A stretch of DNA of 64,000 bases from positions 956 to 64,955 of the forward strand of contig JACPTE010000034.1 in the NCBI GenBank assembly GCA_016192945.1, given 5' to 3'. A program made the position numbers and the translations under genes. How positions within the stretch are numbered: the stretch's first letter is position 1; every line of letters starts with the position of its first letter. The notes under the pieces were generated by a model, which had not been told where the DNA came from, ran no database searches, and saw only the letters and a list, made by a program, of their open reading frames with translations. This stretch comes from Candidatus Woesearchaeota archaeon (GTDB taxonomy: Archaea; Nanobdellota; Nanobdellia; Woesearchaeales; UBA10216). Shown one piece after another: positions 44,445 to 52,682 of the stretch.

Positions 44445-45698
44445 TTAACTGCGTAATTTCCCCAGCACTTCAAAAAAATCAGGAAATGTCTTTGAAACGC
44501 ATTCAGCGCCCCTTATCCTTATGCCCCTGCATGCAAGCCCTGCAATCGCGAAGCTCATAGCCATCCTGTGGTCGTTGTATGTTTCAATATCAGCGCTTTT
44601 CAGGGATGATGGAGCTATAACCCACCCATCAGCAAGCTCATCCACATCAGCCCCTATCTTCCTGAGCTCTATGGCAGTTGCCCTTATCCTGTCTGTTTCC
44701 TTTATCCTGAGGTTCCTGATGTTTCTTATTGTTGTTTTTCCCTTTGCAAATGCAGCTACAACAGCAAGCGTTTGGGCAGCGTCTGGCATGCTGTTCATGT
44801 CTATATCTATCCCATTAAGCTCATTGCCCCTGACTTCCACCCAGCCATCACCCCTCTTCACATAGCAGCCCATTTTCCCAAGAGCTGACAAGAACCCTGC
44901 ATCAGCCTGCCTGCTCTTCGGGTTTAGCCCTGTTACCCTTACCCTTCCCTTTGTCACTGCTGCTGCAGCAAAAAAATATGAGGCATTGCTGTAATCCCCC
45001 TCAACCAGGTATTCCCTTCCCCTGTATAGCTGTCCAGAGCCAACAGTGAATCGCTTATATCCTGAATTCCTTGCAGCAACCCCAAATGCCCCCATCATGT
45101 CAACAGTCATGTCAATGTACGGCTTTGATGTCATTTCACCAATCACACGAACTTCCACATCCCTTTCAGCAAACGGGGAGACCATCATTATGGCGCTTGT
45201 GAACTGGCTGCTTAATGCGCCATTTATTGAAGCATTCCCGCCCTTCAGCCTGCCTGAAACAATAACAGGAGGATACCCGTTTTTTGCAGTCACTTCTGCT
45301 CCAAGCTGGTTCAGGCTTTCTGCCAAGTCGCCTATTGGCCTCTTTCTCATCCGCTTGTCGCCGTCAATTACCACACTGCCGCCAGCCAATGTTGCTGCAG
45401 CTGCCATGAACCTCATTGTTGTGCCTGAATTGCCTGTGAAAATCTTTTTTCCAGGCTTGCTTAACCTGCCTCCAGTTCCTGTCACGTTCATCATGCTATT
45501 TCTTCCAGATATGTGAACTCCCATCTGCTGAAGCGCGAGCTTCATGTGAGCTACATCATCACATTCAAGGCAGTTTTTCAGAGTTGTCCTTCCCTCTGCA
45601 AGCGCAGCTATCAAAAGCGCCCTGTTTGTGCAGCTCCTTGATTTTGGGCATTCAAGCTCAGCATCCAGCTTATTAATTGGGCTTACAGCGACTTCCAT
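44445..45698 (-). CDS. aroA: 3-phosphoshikimate 1-carboxyvinyltransferase (EPSP synthase)
   Basis: Start at internal ATG 45698; KSRSCTNRALLIAALAEG signature and two-domain EPSPS fold. Confidence 0.85.
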   Translation of the reverse strand: MEVAVSPINKLDAELECPKSRSCTNRALLIAALAEGRTTLKNCLECDDVAHMKLALQQMGVHISGRNSMMNVTGTGGRLSKPGKKIFTGNSGTTMRFMAAAATLAGGSVVIDGDKRMRKRPIGDLAESLNQLGAEVTAKNGYPPVIVSGRLKGGNASINGALSSQFTSAIMMVSPFAERDVEVRVIGEMTSKPYIDMTVDMMGAFGVAARNSGYKRFTVGSGQLYRGREYLVEGDYSNASYFFAAAAVTKGRVRVTGLNPKSRQADAGFLSALGKMGCYVKRGDGWVEVRGNELNGIDIDMNSMPDAAQTLAVVAAFAKGKTTIRNIRNLRIKETDRIRATAIELRKIGADVDELADGWVIAPSSLKSADIETYNDHRMAMSFAIAGLACRGIRIRGAECVSKTFPDFFEVLGKLRS

Positions 45699-47137
45699 AG
45701 GAATTCCCTCATCATGCCTTCTGGAGCTTTCATCCCGGTCCAAAGCTCAAACTGGCCAAGAGCCTGGTAAAATAGCATTGAAATCCCATCAACAGTTTCA
45801 CATCCCATCTCCCTTGCTTCCCTTAAAAGCCTTGTTTCAACCGGCTTGTACACTATGTCCATCACAATATTTTTCAGGAACTGCTTTCCAACAGGCGTTT
45901 CAGAGTCATTTGGGGACATTCCAACTGATGTGCAGTTTATCAGGATGTCATAGCCTGTTTCAGCCAGCTTACCAATAGCACCGTATCTGCAACCTGTCCT
46001 GCCTGCCAGCTCTTTTGCCTTCTCAATAGTCCTGTTCAGTATTGTAATCCTGCATTTTTCCCTTGAAAGCTCAAATGCAATAGCCTTTGCAGCCCCTCCT
46101 GCTCCAATGATTACAACATCCTTTCCTGCCAGGCTGGTCTTTTCTTTCAGCGCCAGCTTTGCACCCATTCCATCAGTGTTGTATCCCTTCAGCCTTCCGC
46201 CTCTTACGACTACTGTGTTGACAGCCCCTATTAATCCTGCTGCCTCATCCAGCTCATCAAGGTATTGCATTACCTCTTCCTTGTATGGGGTTGTGACTGA
46301 AAACCCCCTGATGTTGATTTTTTTAATTTCTTTCATGAACTTTCCAAGGTCATCAACCTCAAGCCTCAGCTGAACATTGTTCAGTCCGAGCCTCTGGTAT
46401 GTTGGATTGAACAGGAAAATCCCCCTGCTGTATTTTGCAGGCCGCCCAACTGTTCCATAAATCCCTGTTTTTTCATCCAGCCTGTCAGCACAATATACGC
46501 TCCTCATCATTCCAGCTGTCAGCTGTCCTGGCGCAGATTCCTTTCCCTGCTCAGCAGACGCGTATGTGAGAAAGCCTCCAAAAACCCTGTATAAAATCCT
46601 GCTTATTTCACCTTTTTCGCCCATGCATACTGCAATGATTTTTTTCCCTTCTGCACGGGATTTTTTTGCAATTTCAATCAGCCTTATGTTGTCTGTTATG
46701 TCATTGGCGAAGGTTGCTATCTTCACTATGTCGCAGCCTGTTTCTATTATTTTCACGTATATGCCATTCAGGTCATCAGGAGTTTCAGAGAGGTTATGAT
46801 ATGAAACTATTATGCATGATTTTCCCTTCTTCCTAACCAGCTCAGCTATGCTTTCCGTGCCAGAGCTTAGCTCAATGTCTATGTAGTCTGCCCCGAGGCT
46901 TATCGCCTCGCCCAGCATTGCCAACCGGCCTTCTTCAGAGCCTTCAAAAAGCCCCCCCTCGCTTTTTTTCCGGTTCGTGACAATCTTCGGCTTTTTCGTG
47001 CTTTTCAGGAGCTTCCTCATATCAGGATTTTTCACCATGTCAATCCTCAGCTCCAGAATATCTGCCTGTTTTTCAGCATGCCTTATCATTTCAACAGCTT
47101 CATCATTTGTACTTGCGGTAATGGGTATGCATATCAT
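45683..47137 (-). CDS. aroDE: bifunctional 3-dehydroquinate dehydratase (type I) / shikimate dehydrogenase fusion
   Basis: N-terminal type I DHQase (ICIPITAST...ELRIDM...CIIVSYH); C-terminal shikimate dehydrogenase with Rossmann GAGGAAKAIAFEL. Confidence 0.8.
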   Translation of the reverse strand: MICIPITASTNDEAVEMIRHAEKQADILELRIDMVKNPDMRKLLKSTKKPKIVTNRKKSEGGLFEGSEEGRLAMLGEAISLGADYIDIELSSGTESIAELVRKKGKSCIIVSYHNLSETPDDLNGIYVKIIETGCDIVKIATFANDITDNIRLIEIAKKSRAEGKKIIAVCMGEKGEISRILYRVFGGFLTYASAEQGKESAPGQLTAGMMRSVYCADRLDEKTGIYGTVGRPAKYSRGIFLFNPTYQRLGLNNVQLRLEVDDLGKFMKEIKKINIRGFSVTTPYKEEVMQYLDELDEAAGLIGAVNTVVVRGGRLKGYNTDGMGAKLALKEKTSLAGKDVVIIGAGGAAKAIAFELSREKCRITILNRTIEKAKELAGRTGCRYGAIGKLAETGYDILINCTSVGMSPNDSETPVGKQFLKNIVMDIVYKPVETRLLREAREMGCETVDGISMLFYQALGQFELWTGMKAPEGMMREFLWKSL

Positions 47138-47394
47138 TTCCTGCCCTCATATTTCCTGGTCTGGCTGATTATTTCCCTGAATATGGCGAGTGCATATTCC
47201 TCAGGAATTCCCTCATTTCTCGCGGCCTCCTTCACCCCTGAAAGGACATCCTCTTCCCTCTCTTTCTGGAAGACAGGAATTCCAGCCTGCTTTTTCAACC
47301 CTGCAATACGCCCTGCCAGCTCAATCCTTTTTTTCATGAGCTTTATCATGTGATAGTCAACTTCATCAATCTGCCTTCTTAGTTCCTCAAGCAT
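47134..47394 (-). CDS. chorismate mutase (AroQ class, monofunctional)
   Basis: 86 aa all-helical; LRRQIDEVDYHMIKLMKKRIELAGRIAGLK matches AroQ helix 1. Confidence 0.7.
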   Translation of the reverse strand: MLEELRRQIDEVDYHMIKLMKKRIELAGRIAGLKKQAGIPVFQKEREEDVLSGVKEAARNEGIPEEYALAIFREIISQTRKYEGRK

Positions 47395-47398
47395 AATC

Positions 47399-48499
47399 TC
47401 ACCTGTTTTCCCCTATAGCGGCCCTGACTGCCCCAGCATCAACTCTCACTGAGCTGCTGGCTAACTCGCCAATCCTCCTGATTAAGGCATACTCAGCCAC
47501 TCCTTGCCTTGCCTTTTTATCAAGCCTAGCCTTTGATATTATATCTTCAGCACTAATGCCCTCAGGCACCTTAACAGGCAGGCCTGCCATCATCAAGAGA
47601 GAGTTCTGCCTTTCCCTTTCATTCTTTTTAAGGAGCCCCATATTTTCTGAGATTGAGGATTCCACAGCCATGCCTATTGCCACTGCCTGGCCGTGGCTCA
47701 GCCTGTATGAGCTGAGATGCTCTATGGCATGGCCTATCGTATGCCCGTAGTTGAGGGATTTCCTTAACTGCGACTCTTTCTCATCCTGCACTACCACGCT
47801 GACTTTTATCCTGATGCTTCCCACAATAACATCCTCAATAATTCCAGGCTCCCTCTTCAGGATTCTTTTCATGTTTTTTTCAAGAAAATCAAAAAATCCG
47901 GAGTCTTTTATCATGGCGTACTTTATTACCTCTGCGAGCCCGTTTGAAAGCTCCCCATCAGGCAGAGTCTTGATGAAGCCAACATCAACATATACTGCCC
48001 TCGGCTGCCAAAAGGCCCCGATAAGGTTCTTTCCGTGAATTGTGTTCACTCCAGTCTTTCCCCCTATTGAGCTGTCAACTGCAGCCAGCAATGTAGTTGG
48101 AACCTGAACGAACGGGACCCCCCTGTTATAGGTTGATGCAACAAACCCTGCCAAATCGCCCACAACCCCGCCTCCCAAAGCCACTATTACAGTATCCCTC
48201 CCGAACCCCTGCCCAATCATGGAGTCCTCTATCGCAGCCTTTGTTTCCCGCGTCTTCTGCATTTCTCCTGCCAGGAAGCTTATCATTCCTGCATTTGCAG
48301 ATTTGCCTCCAATCGCACCAAGAATATTCTTTCCAAAAAGCCTTTCTGTGTTATTGTCTGCAATAATGCACGCCCTTAATGGCAGCCCCTTTATGTCTTC
48401 AGCAAGCTTACGGATTACTCCTGAGCCTACAAAAATGCTGTAAGAATTGCATTCATTTTTTTCAAAAAGGACGTTAATCGTTTCCATCTGCCTATTCAA
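47399..48499 (-). CDS. aroB: 3-dehydroquinate synthase (bacterial-type, NAD-dependent)
   Basis: GGGVVGDLAGF and VPTTLLAAVDSSIGGKTGVN signatures. Confidence 0.85.
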   Translation of the reverse strand: MNRQMETINVLFEKNECNSYSIFVGSGVIRKLAEDIKGLPLRACIIADNNTERLFGKNILGAIGGKSANAGMISFLAGEMQKTRETKAAIEDSMIGQGFGRDTVIVALGGGVVGDLAGFVASTYNRGVPFVQVPTTLLAAVDSSIGGKTGVNTIHGKNLIGAFWQPRAVYVDVGFIKTLPDGELSNGLAEVIKYAMIKDSGFFDFLEKNMKRILKREPGIIEDVIVGSIRIKVSVVVQDEKESQLRKSLNYGHTIGHAIEHLSSYRLSHGQAVAIGMAVESSISENMGLLKKNERERQNSLLMMAGLPVKVPEGISAEDIISKARLDKKARQGVAEYALIRRIGELASSSVRVDAGAVRAAIGENR

Positions 48500-49523
48500 T
48501 CACCCTGCCTACAGCAGCTGCCACAGCCCTTAACTGAGGCATCAGCTCTGAAAACATTTCTGTTGTTACTGACTGCGGGCCGTCACACAATGCCTTTTCT
48601 GGCTGGTGATGGACCTCTATAAGAAGACCATCTGCCCCTGCGGCAACTCCTGCCTTGGCAAGGCTTCCTACAAACTGCCTGTTGCCTGCTGCATGGCTCG
48701 GGTCAATTATCACAGGCAGGTGAGTCTCCTGTTTCAGCACAGGCACTGCGCCTACGTCAAGCGTGCTCCTCGTTGCAGTCTCAAATGTCCTTATTCCCCT
48801 TTCACAGAGAATAACCCGGTGGTTTCCCTCTTTCATTATGTATTCTGCAGCAAGCATAAGCTCCCTTATCGTAGCGCTCATGCCCCTTTTTATTATAACA
48901 GGCTTATCTATCTTTCCCAATTCCTTAAGCAGGTCAAAATTCTGCATGTTCCTTGCTCCAACCCTCAATATGTCAACATAGTCAGCCACCATAGGCACGT
49001 CCCTTATGTCCATTACCTCTGTTTCCACAATCATCCCTGTCTCCTTCTTTACTTTCCTCATAATCTTAAGTCCTTCCTCCCCAAGGCCCTGGAACTCATA
49101 GGGGCTTGTCCTTGGCTTGAATGCAGAGCCCCTCAAAATCTTCGCCCCAGAGTTCTTGACTGACTTGGCTATTGTAAGAAGCTGCTCATCGCTTTCTATT
49201 GCGCATGGGCCAGCCATCACTACAACTTCATTTCCCCCTATCTCTACATTTCCCACCTTCACCACTGAGCCTTCTGGCATATATTTCCTGCTTGCAATCT
49301 TGAATGGCTTCAGGATGGGAACTACATTTTCAACACCAGGCATTGACCTGAAGCCGTTAACTCCTGTTCCAACAGTGTCGCCTATAACACCTATCACTGT
49401 CCTCTCAGTTCCCCTGTATATGTGGCTCTTCAGCCCATGGGCTTCAATACTCTCAATCACCCTTCCAACATTTTTTTCATCCGCGTTTTGCTCCATTACT
49501 ATTATCATAAATTCCACCTTCAT
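48492..49523 (-). CDS. aroG: 3-deoxy-7-phosphoheptulonate (DAHP) synthase, type I-beta with N-terminal ferredoxin-like regulatory domain
   Basis: KDO8PS/DAHPS I-beta core (AGPCAIES; GARNMQN; AAGADGL) preceded by an ~80-aa small domain; TATA-like ATAAATAT about 20-25 nt upstream. Confidence 0.8.
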   Translation of the reverse strand: MKVEFMIIVMEQNADEKNVGRVIESIEAHGLKSHIYRGTERTVIGVIGDTVGTGVNGFRSMPGVENVVPILKPFKIASRKYMPEGSVVKVGNVEIGGNEVVVMAGPCAIESDEQLLTIAKSVKNSGAKILRGSAFKPRTSPYEFQGLGEEGLKIMRKVKKETGMIVETEVMDIRDVPMVADYVDILRVGARNMQNFDLLKELGKIDKPVIIKRGMSATIRELMLAAEYIMKEGNHRVILCERGIRTFETATRSTLDVGAVPVLKQETHLPVIIDPSHAAGNRQFVGSLAKAGVAAGADGLLIEVHHQPEKALCDGPQSVTTEMFSELMPQLRAVAAAVGRVIE

Positions 49524-49785
49524 TGACGTTTGCCTTGATATTTATCCGTGCCCCTGATTTTCCCAAGATTGAAAGCAGAGGACACCATGAAAACTAAAGT
49601 TGCCGCCCGCCTTAGTATGCCAATTTTCAGCGGACTAATCAGAAGCTAAAATAAAAATAGCCAGAGCTAAAGCTGCCTGACCAGAAACTCCTTTTTACTG
49701 ATGCAGCCTTGCTCATGCTATGAGGAGTGTTTGAACTTATATTTAAACTTTTTGAGATGCTGAATCATCTTTCATTTTATGTTAG

Positions 49786-49794
49786 GAAGCTTTA
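49786..49794 (+). promoter_or_regulatory. TATA box (TTTATATAG) for the leaderless presenilin-like gene
   Basis: 27 nt upstream of ATG 49821. Confidence 0.4.
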
Positions 49795-49820
49795 TATAGA
49801 TTTATATTAATTACGCTGTT

Positions 49821-50699
49821 ATGAAGCACAGCCTTGCCGTAACTTCATTCTTGATGTCGCTTTTCCTGCTGACGCAGTTTGTTGGCCTGCTTATTGTTGA
49901 CAGCTATACTGACAAGGAAGCAACAGCACAGACTGGCCAGATAGCCTACAAAAGCCTACCGTACAGCATTGAAAGGCCTGACATCAAGCCAGAGTCGTCA
50001 GTGTGGCTGATTCTGGCCGCAGTAATAGCCGGCACAATAATCATGCTGATACTGATAAGGCTGAAGCAGGTTAACCTGTGGAAACTATGGTTTTTCCTGA
50101 GCGTCCTGCTGACGCTGAGCATAGCCCTGTCATCATTCATAAACCCCCTCTTTGCATTCATAATTGGCCTGGCATTTTCCGCATGGAAAGTATTCAAGCC
50201 AAATGTTTACATCCACAACCTCACAGAGGTTTTTATATACGGAGGCCTTGCCGCAATATTCGTCCCCATACTCAACATTACCTCTGCATTCATACTTCTG
50301 CTGCTTATTTCAGCATATGACATGTTTGCAGTATGGCAGAGCAAGCACATGGTAAAGATGGCGAAATTCCAGACCAGGACAAACCTGTTCTCAGGAATCT
50401 ACATTCCAAGGGGAGAAAGCCCAAAAAAAGCGCTCACCAAAAAGGCGAAACTTGAAGACACAGGGGAATCATCAGGCGGTGCAGTGCTCGGAGGCGGGGA
50501 TATGGGATTCCCGCTCATATTTGCGGGAGTGGTAATGAAGCAGTATGGATTCCTACACTCACTTGTCATACCCACAGCAGCATCTATCGCCCTTCTGGGG
50601 CTGCTCCTGGTTGGGAAGAAGAACAAGTTTTACCCTGCAATGCCATTTATCACTGCAGCATGCTTCATCGGGTATGGCATAGTTGCCTACTCTTTCTGA
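49821..50699 (+). CDS. presenilin / signal-peptide-peptidase family intramembrane aspartyl protease homologue
   Basis: About 8 TM; catalytic YD (ISAYDMFAVW) and GxGD (LGGGDMGFPLIF) in adjacent TM helices; PAL-like motif (FYPAMPF) near the C-terminus. Confidence 0.6.
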   Translation: MKHSLAVTSFLMSLFLLTQFVGLLIVDSYTDKEATAQTGQIAYKSLPYSIERPDIKPESSVWLILAAVIAGTIIMLILIRLKQVNLWKLWFFLSVLLTLSIALSSFINPLFAFIIGLAFSAWKVFKPNVYIHNLTEVFIYGGLAAIFVPILNITSAFILLLLISAYDMFAVWQSKHMVKMAKFQTRTNLFSGIYIPRGESPKKALTKKAKLEDTGESSGGAVLGGGDMGFPLIFAGVVMKQYGFLHSLVIPTAASIALLGLLLVGKKNKFYPAMPFITAACFIGYGIVAYSF

Positions 50700-51355
50700 C
50701 TTACCAACTGTAATATTTCATCCTCGTGACCAGCCCCTACAATTGCCAGTATGCTGGATTCAGGGTTTTCCTGCATTATCCTGATTATGTTGGAAGCCAT
50801 TACTTCATTCCTTTCCTCTATCAAAACCCTGTACATGCTGGGATACTTCCTTTTCACTTCCCCAAGAAGCTTTTTTACCAGCTTTTTTTCAGGGACTTTT
50901 GAGAGGTCTATCTTCTCCTTTTTTGAGAAAGGCGCTGCAAACAAGTCCCTGATTAAGTTAAGCTTCTCTCTCCAAGTGAAGCATCTGGAAAACCTCTGCA
51001 TAGTGATTTCAATATCCCGGTCTATCAAAGCCACTTTTGCATTGCACTCGCTGGCAAGCTGTAGGGCTGCTTTCATCTCAGAGCCAGGAGCCACGCCAAC
51101 ATACTGCCCAAGCTTCCTCTGGAGCCAACCCCCGACAAGCACAAACAGGAAACCTTTCAGCCCTATCCTCCTTATGTCAGAGAAACGAGCCCTTGGCTCA
51201 AGATTATGGACAAGCGCATAAAGCCTTTTCCTGTCAAGCTCAACAGCCACTATTCCCGGCTTAAGCCTTCCAAACGAATCTTTAACTTCCTGTATGCTGT
51301 CCCTTGATATGTGCGAAGTTCCTATTATTGTGAGATTCTTATATTGCATCAGCAT
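50687..51355 (-). CDS. TraB/PrgY family protein (Tiki/TraB superfamily)
   Basis: Start at internal ATG 51355 (MLMQYKNLTIIGTSHISRDS matches the GTAHVS motif); TATA about 25 nt upstream; the 120 upstream codons of the track ORF are judged spurious. Confidence 0.55.
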   Translation of the reverse strand: MLMQYKNLTIIGTSHISRDSIQEVKDSFGRLKPGIVAVELDRKRLYALVHNLEPRARFSDIRRIGLKGFLFVLVGGWLQRKLGQYVGVAPGSEMKAALQLASECNAKVALIDRDIEITMQRFSRCFTWREKLNLIRDLFAAPFSKKEKIDLSKVPEKKLVKKLLGEVKRKYPSMYRVLIEERNEVMASNIIRIMQENPESSILAIVGAGHEDEILQLVSQKE

Positions 51356-51425
51356 TGCTAATGCATATAAGTATAAAAATTTGTATATAACAAAATTTTT
51401 ATAAGGATTAGAGGCACTTTCCACC

Positions 51426-52013
51426 ATGCCATCCAAATCCCAGCAGTTCATGGCGAGGGCAATTATTGAGATTGCAGGAAAGCCGAAGAAATACATAGAG
51501 GATGCCATGAAGCTTGTCCTGGAAAGGCTTAAAAAAGAGGATGGAATAAAGCTGCTTAAGACAAAGACCCACGAGCCACAGCAGCACGGGGATATTTTCA
51601 GCACATTTGCAGAAGTAGAGCTCAGGCTTGAAGATTTTGATTCCATTACTTTTTTCTGCTTTGAGTATCTGCCATCCTCAATAGAGTTCCTTGAGCCAGA
51701 ATCATTCAAAATGGACTCAGTCATGATGAACAGCGTCCTAAACGATATCCTTGGCAGGCTGCATCAGGTTGACCTGAGGCTCAAGGACATCACAGCGGCA
51801 AACATGATGCTTGAGAAGAACTCATATACTCTGCTAAAAAGGTCAGTTGCCCTTATTTTAAGCCAGGGCGAAAGGCGGGTAGAGCAGATATCAGACCTTG
51901 TAGGGGTTGTTCCTGAGCAGCTGAAGCCATTCCTTGAGAGGTTTGTAAAGGAAAAATTTATCAGGAGGGCGGGGGATTGTTACAGCTTATACGATGGAGC
52001 CTTCAGAACTTAA
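51426..52013 (+). CDS. hypothetical protein, possible ScpA-like kleisin (C-terminal winged helix), coupled to scpB
   Basis: 195 aa; overlaps the scpB start by 20 nt; C-terminal LKRSVALILSQGERRVEQISDLVGV is wHTH-like; no direct ScpA motif recognised. Confidence 0.3.
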   Translation: MPSKSQQFMARAIIEIAGKPKKYIEDAMKLVLERLKKEDGIKLLKTKTHEPQQHGDIFSTFAEVELRLEDFDSITFFCFEYLPSSIEFLEPESFKMDSVMMNSVLNDILGRLHQVDLRLKDITAANMMLEKNSYTLLKRSVALILSQGERRVEQISDLVGVVPEQLKPFLERFVKEKFIRRAGDCYSLYDGAFRT

Positions 52014-52584
52014 GAACAAGGTTGAAGCAATCCTGTTTGCAGCGGGAAAGAAGGCCAGCTTGGAATACATTTCAAAGCTTTGCAGGGAGAACAAGGACGA
52101 GGTTCTGAAGGCCCTTCAGGAGCTTAAGTCAGAGTATGAGGCAAAGAATTCTTCCCTTCTCGTATCTGATGAGGGCGATTTCTGGAAAATCACTGTGAGG
52201 GAATCTTACTCTCCGATTGTCAGGAAGATAGTCCCTGAGGCAGAGCTTACCAGGACAATGATTGAGACGCTGGCTGTAATAGCCTGGAAAGCCCCTGTTC
52301 TCCAGTCTGATGTGATAAGGATAAGGACCAACAAGGCCTACGACCACATTGCAGAGATTGAATCAGCAGGGTTCATTTCAAGGGAAAAGCACGGGAGAAC
52401 ACAGATAATAAAGCTAACCCAGCGCTTTTATGACTATTTTGACGTGCACAGCGAGGCAGAAGTCAAGAGCAAGTTCAGAAACATCAACGAAAAGCTTGAA
52501 AAAGAGCAGAAAAATGAAACCGACGATATTGCTAAGGTGCCCGAAGTGCGTCAACAGGATGAATTACCAAAGCAGCAACAATGA
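51994..52584 (+). CDS. scpB: segregation and condensation protein B
   Basis: VEAILFAAGKKASLEYISKL; LAVIAWKAPVLQSDVIRIR; two tandem winged helices aligning with bacterial ScpB. Confidence 0.75.
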   Translation: MEPSELKNKVEAILFAAGKKASLEYISKLCRENKDEVLKALQELKSEYEAKNSSLLVSDEGDFWKITVRESYSPIVRKIVPEAELTRTMIETLAVIAWKAPVLQSDVIRIRTNKAYDHIAEIESAGFISREKHGRTQIIKLTQRFYDYFDVHSEAEVKSKFRNINEKLEKEQKNETDDIAKVPEVRQQDELPKQQQ

Positions 52585-52660
52585 CATAAGGGGAAAGTAC
52601 AAAAGCTGCGTGTACTGCGGGAAAAGCTTCAGGATTGAGAATAATACAGTTCCAGCATAG
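52511..52660 (+). CDS. small zinc-ribbon protein (49 aa, CPKC...CVYCG)
   Basis: Internal ATG of track ORF 52430..52660; overlaps the low-complexity scpB tail out of frame. Confidence 0.25.
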   Translation, partial: KMKPTILLRCPKCVNRMNYQSSNNDIRGKYKSCVYCGKSFRIENNTVPA

Positions 52661-52682
52661 ATTTTTAATGGGCTCAAGTAAA

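Noticed and set aside
51356-51724. N-terminal 123 codons of the 345-aa TraB ORF
   Set aside because: Low-complexity sequence upstream of a clean TATA plus ATG (51355) where the conserved TraB N-terminus (IIGTSHIS) begins; extension judged spurious.
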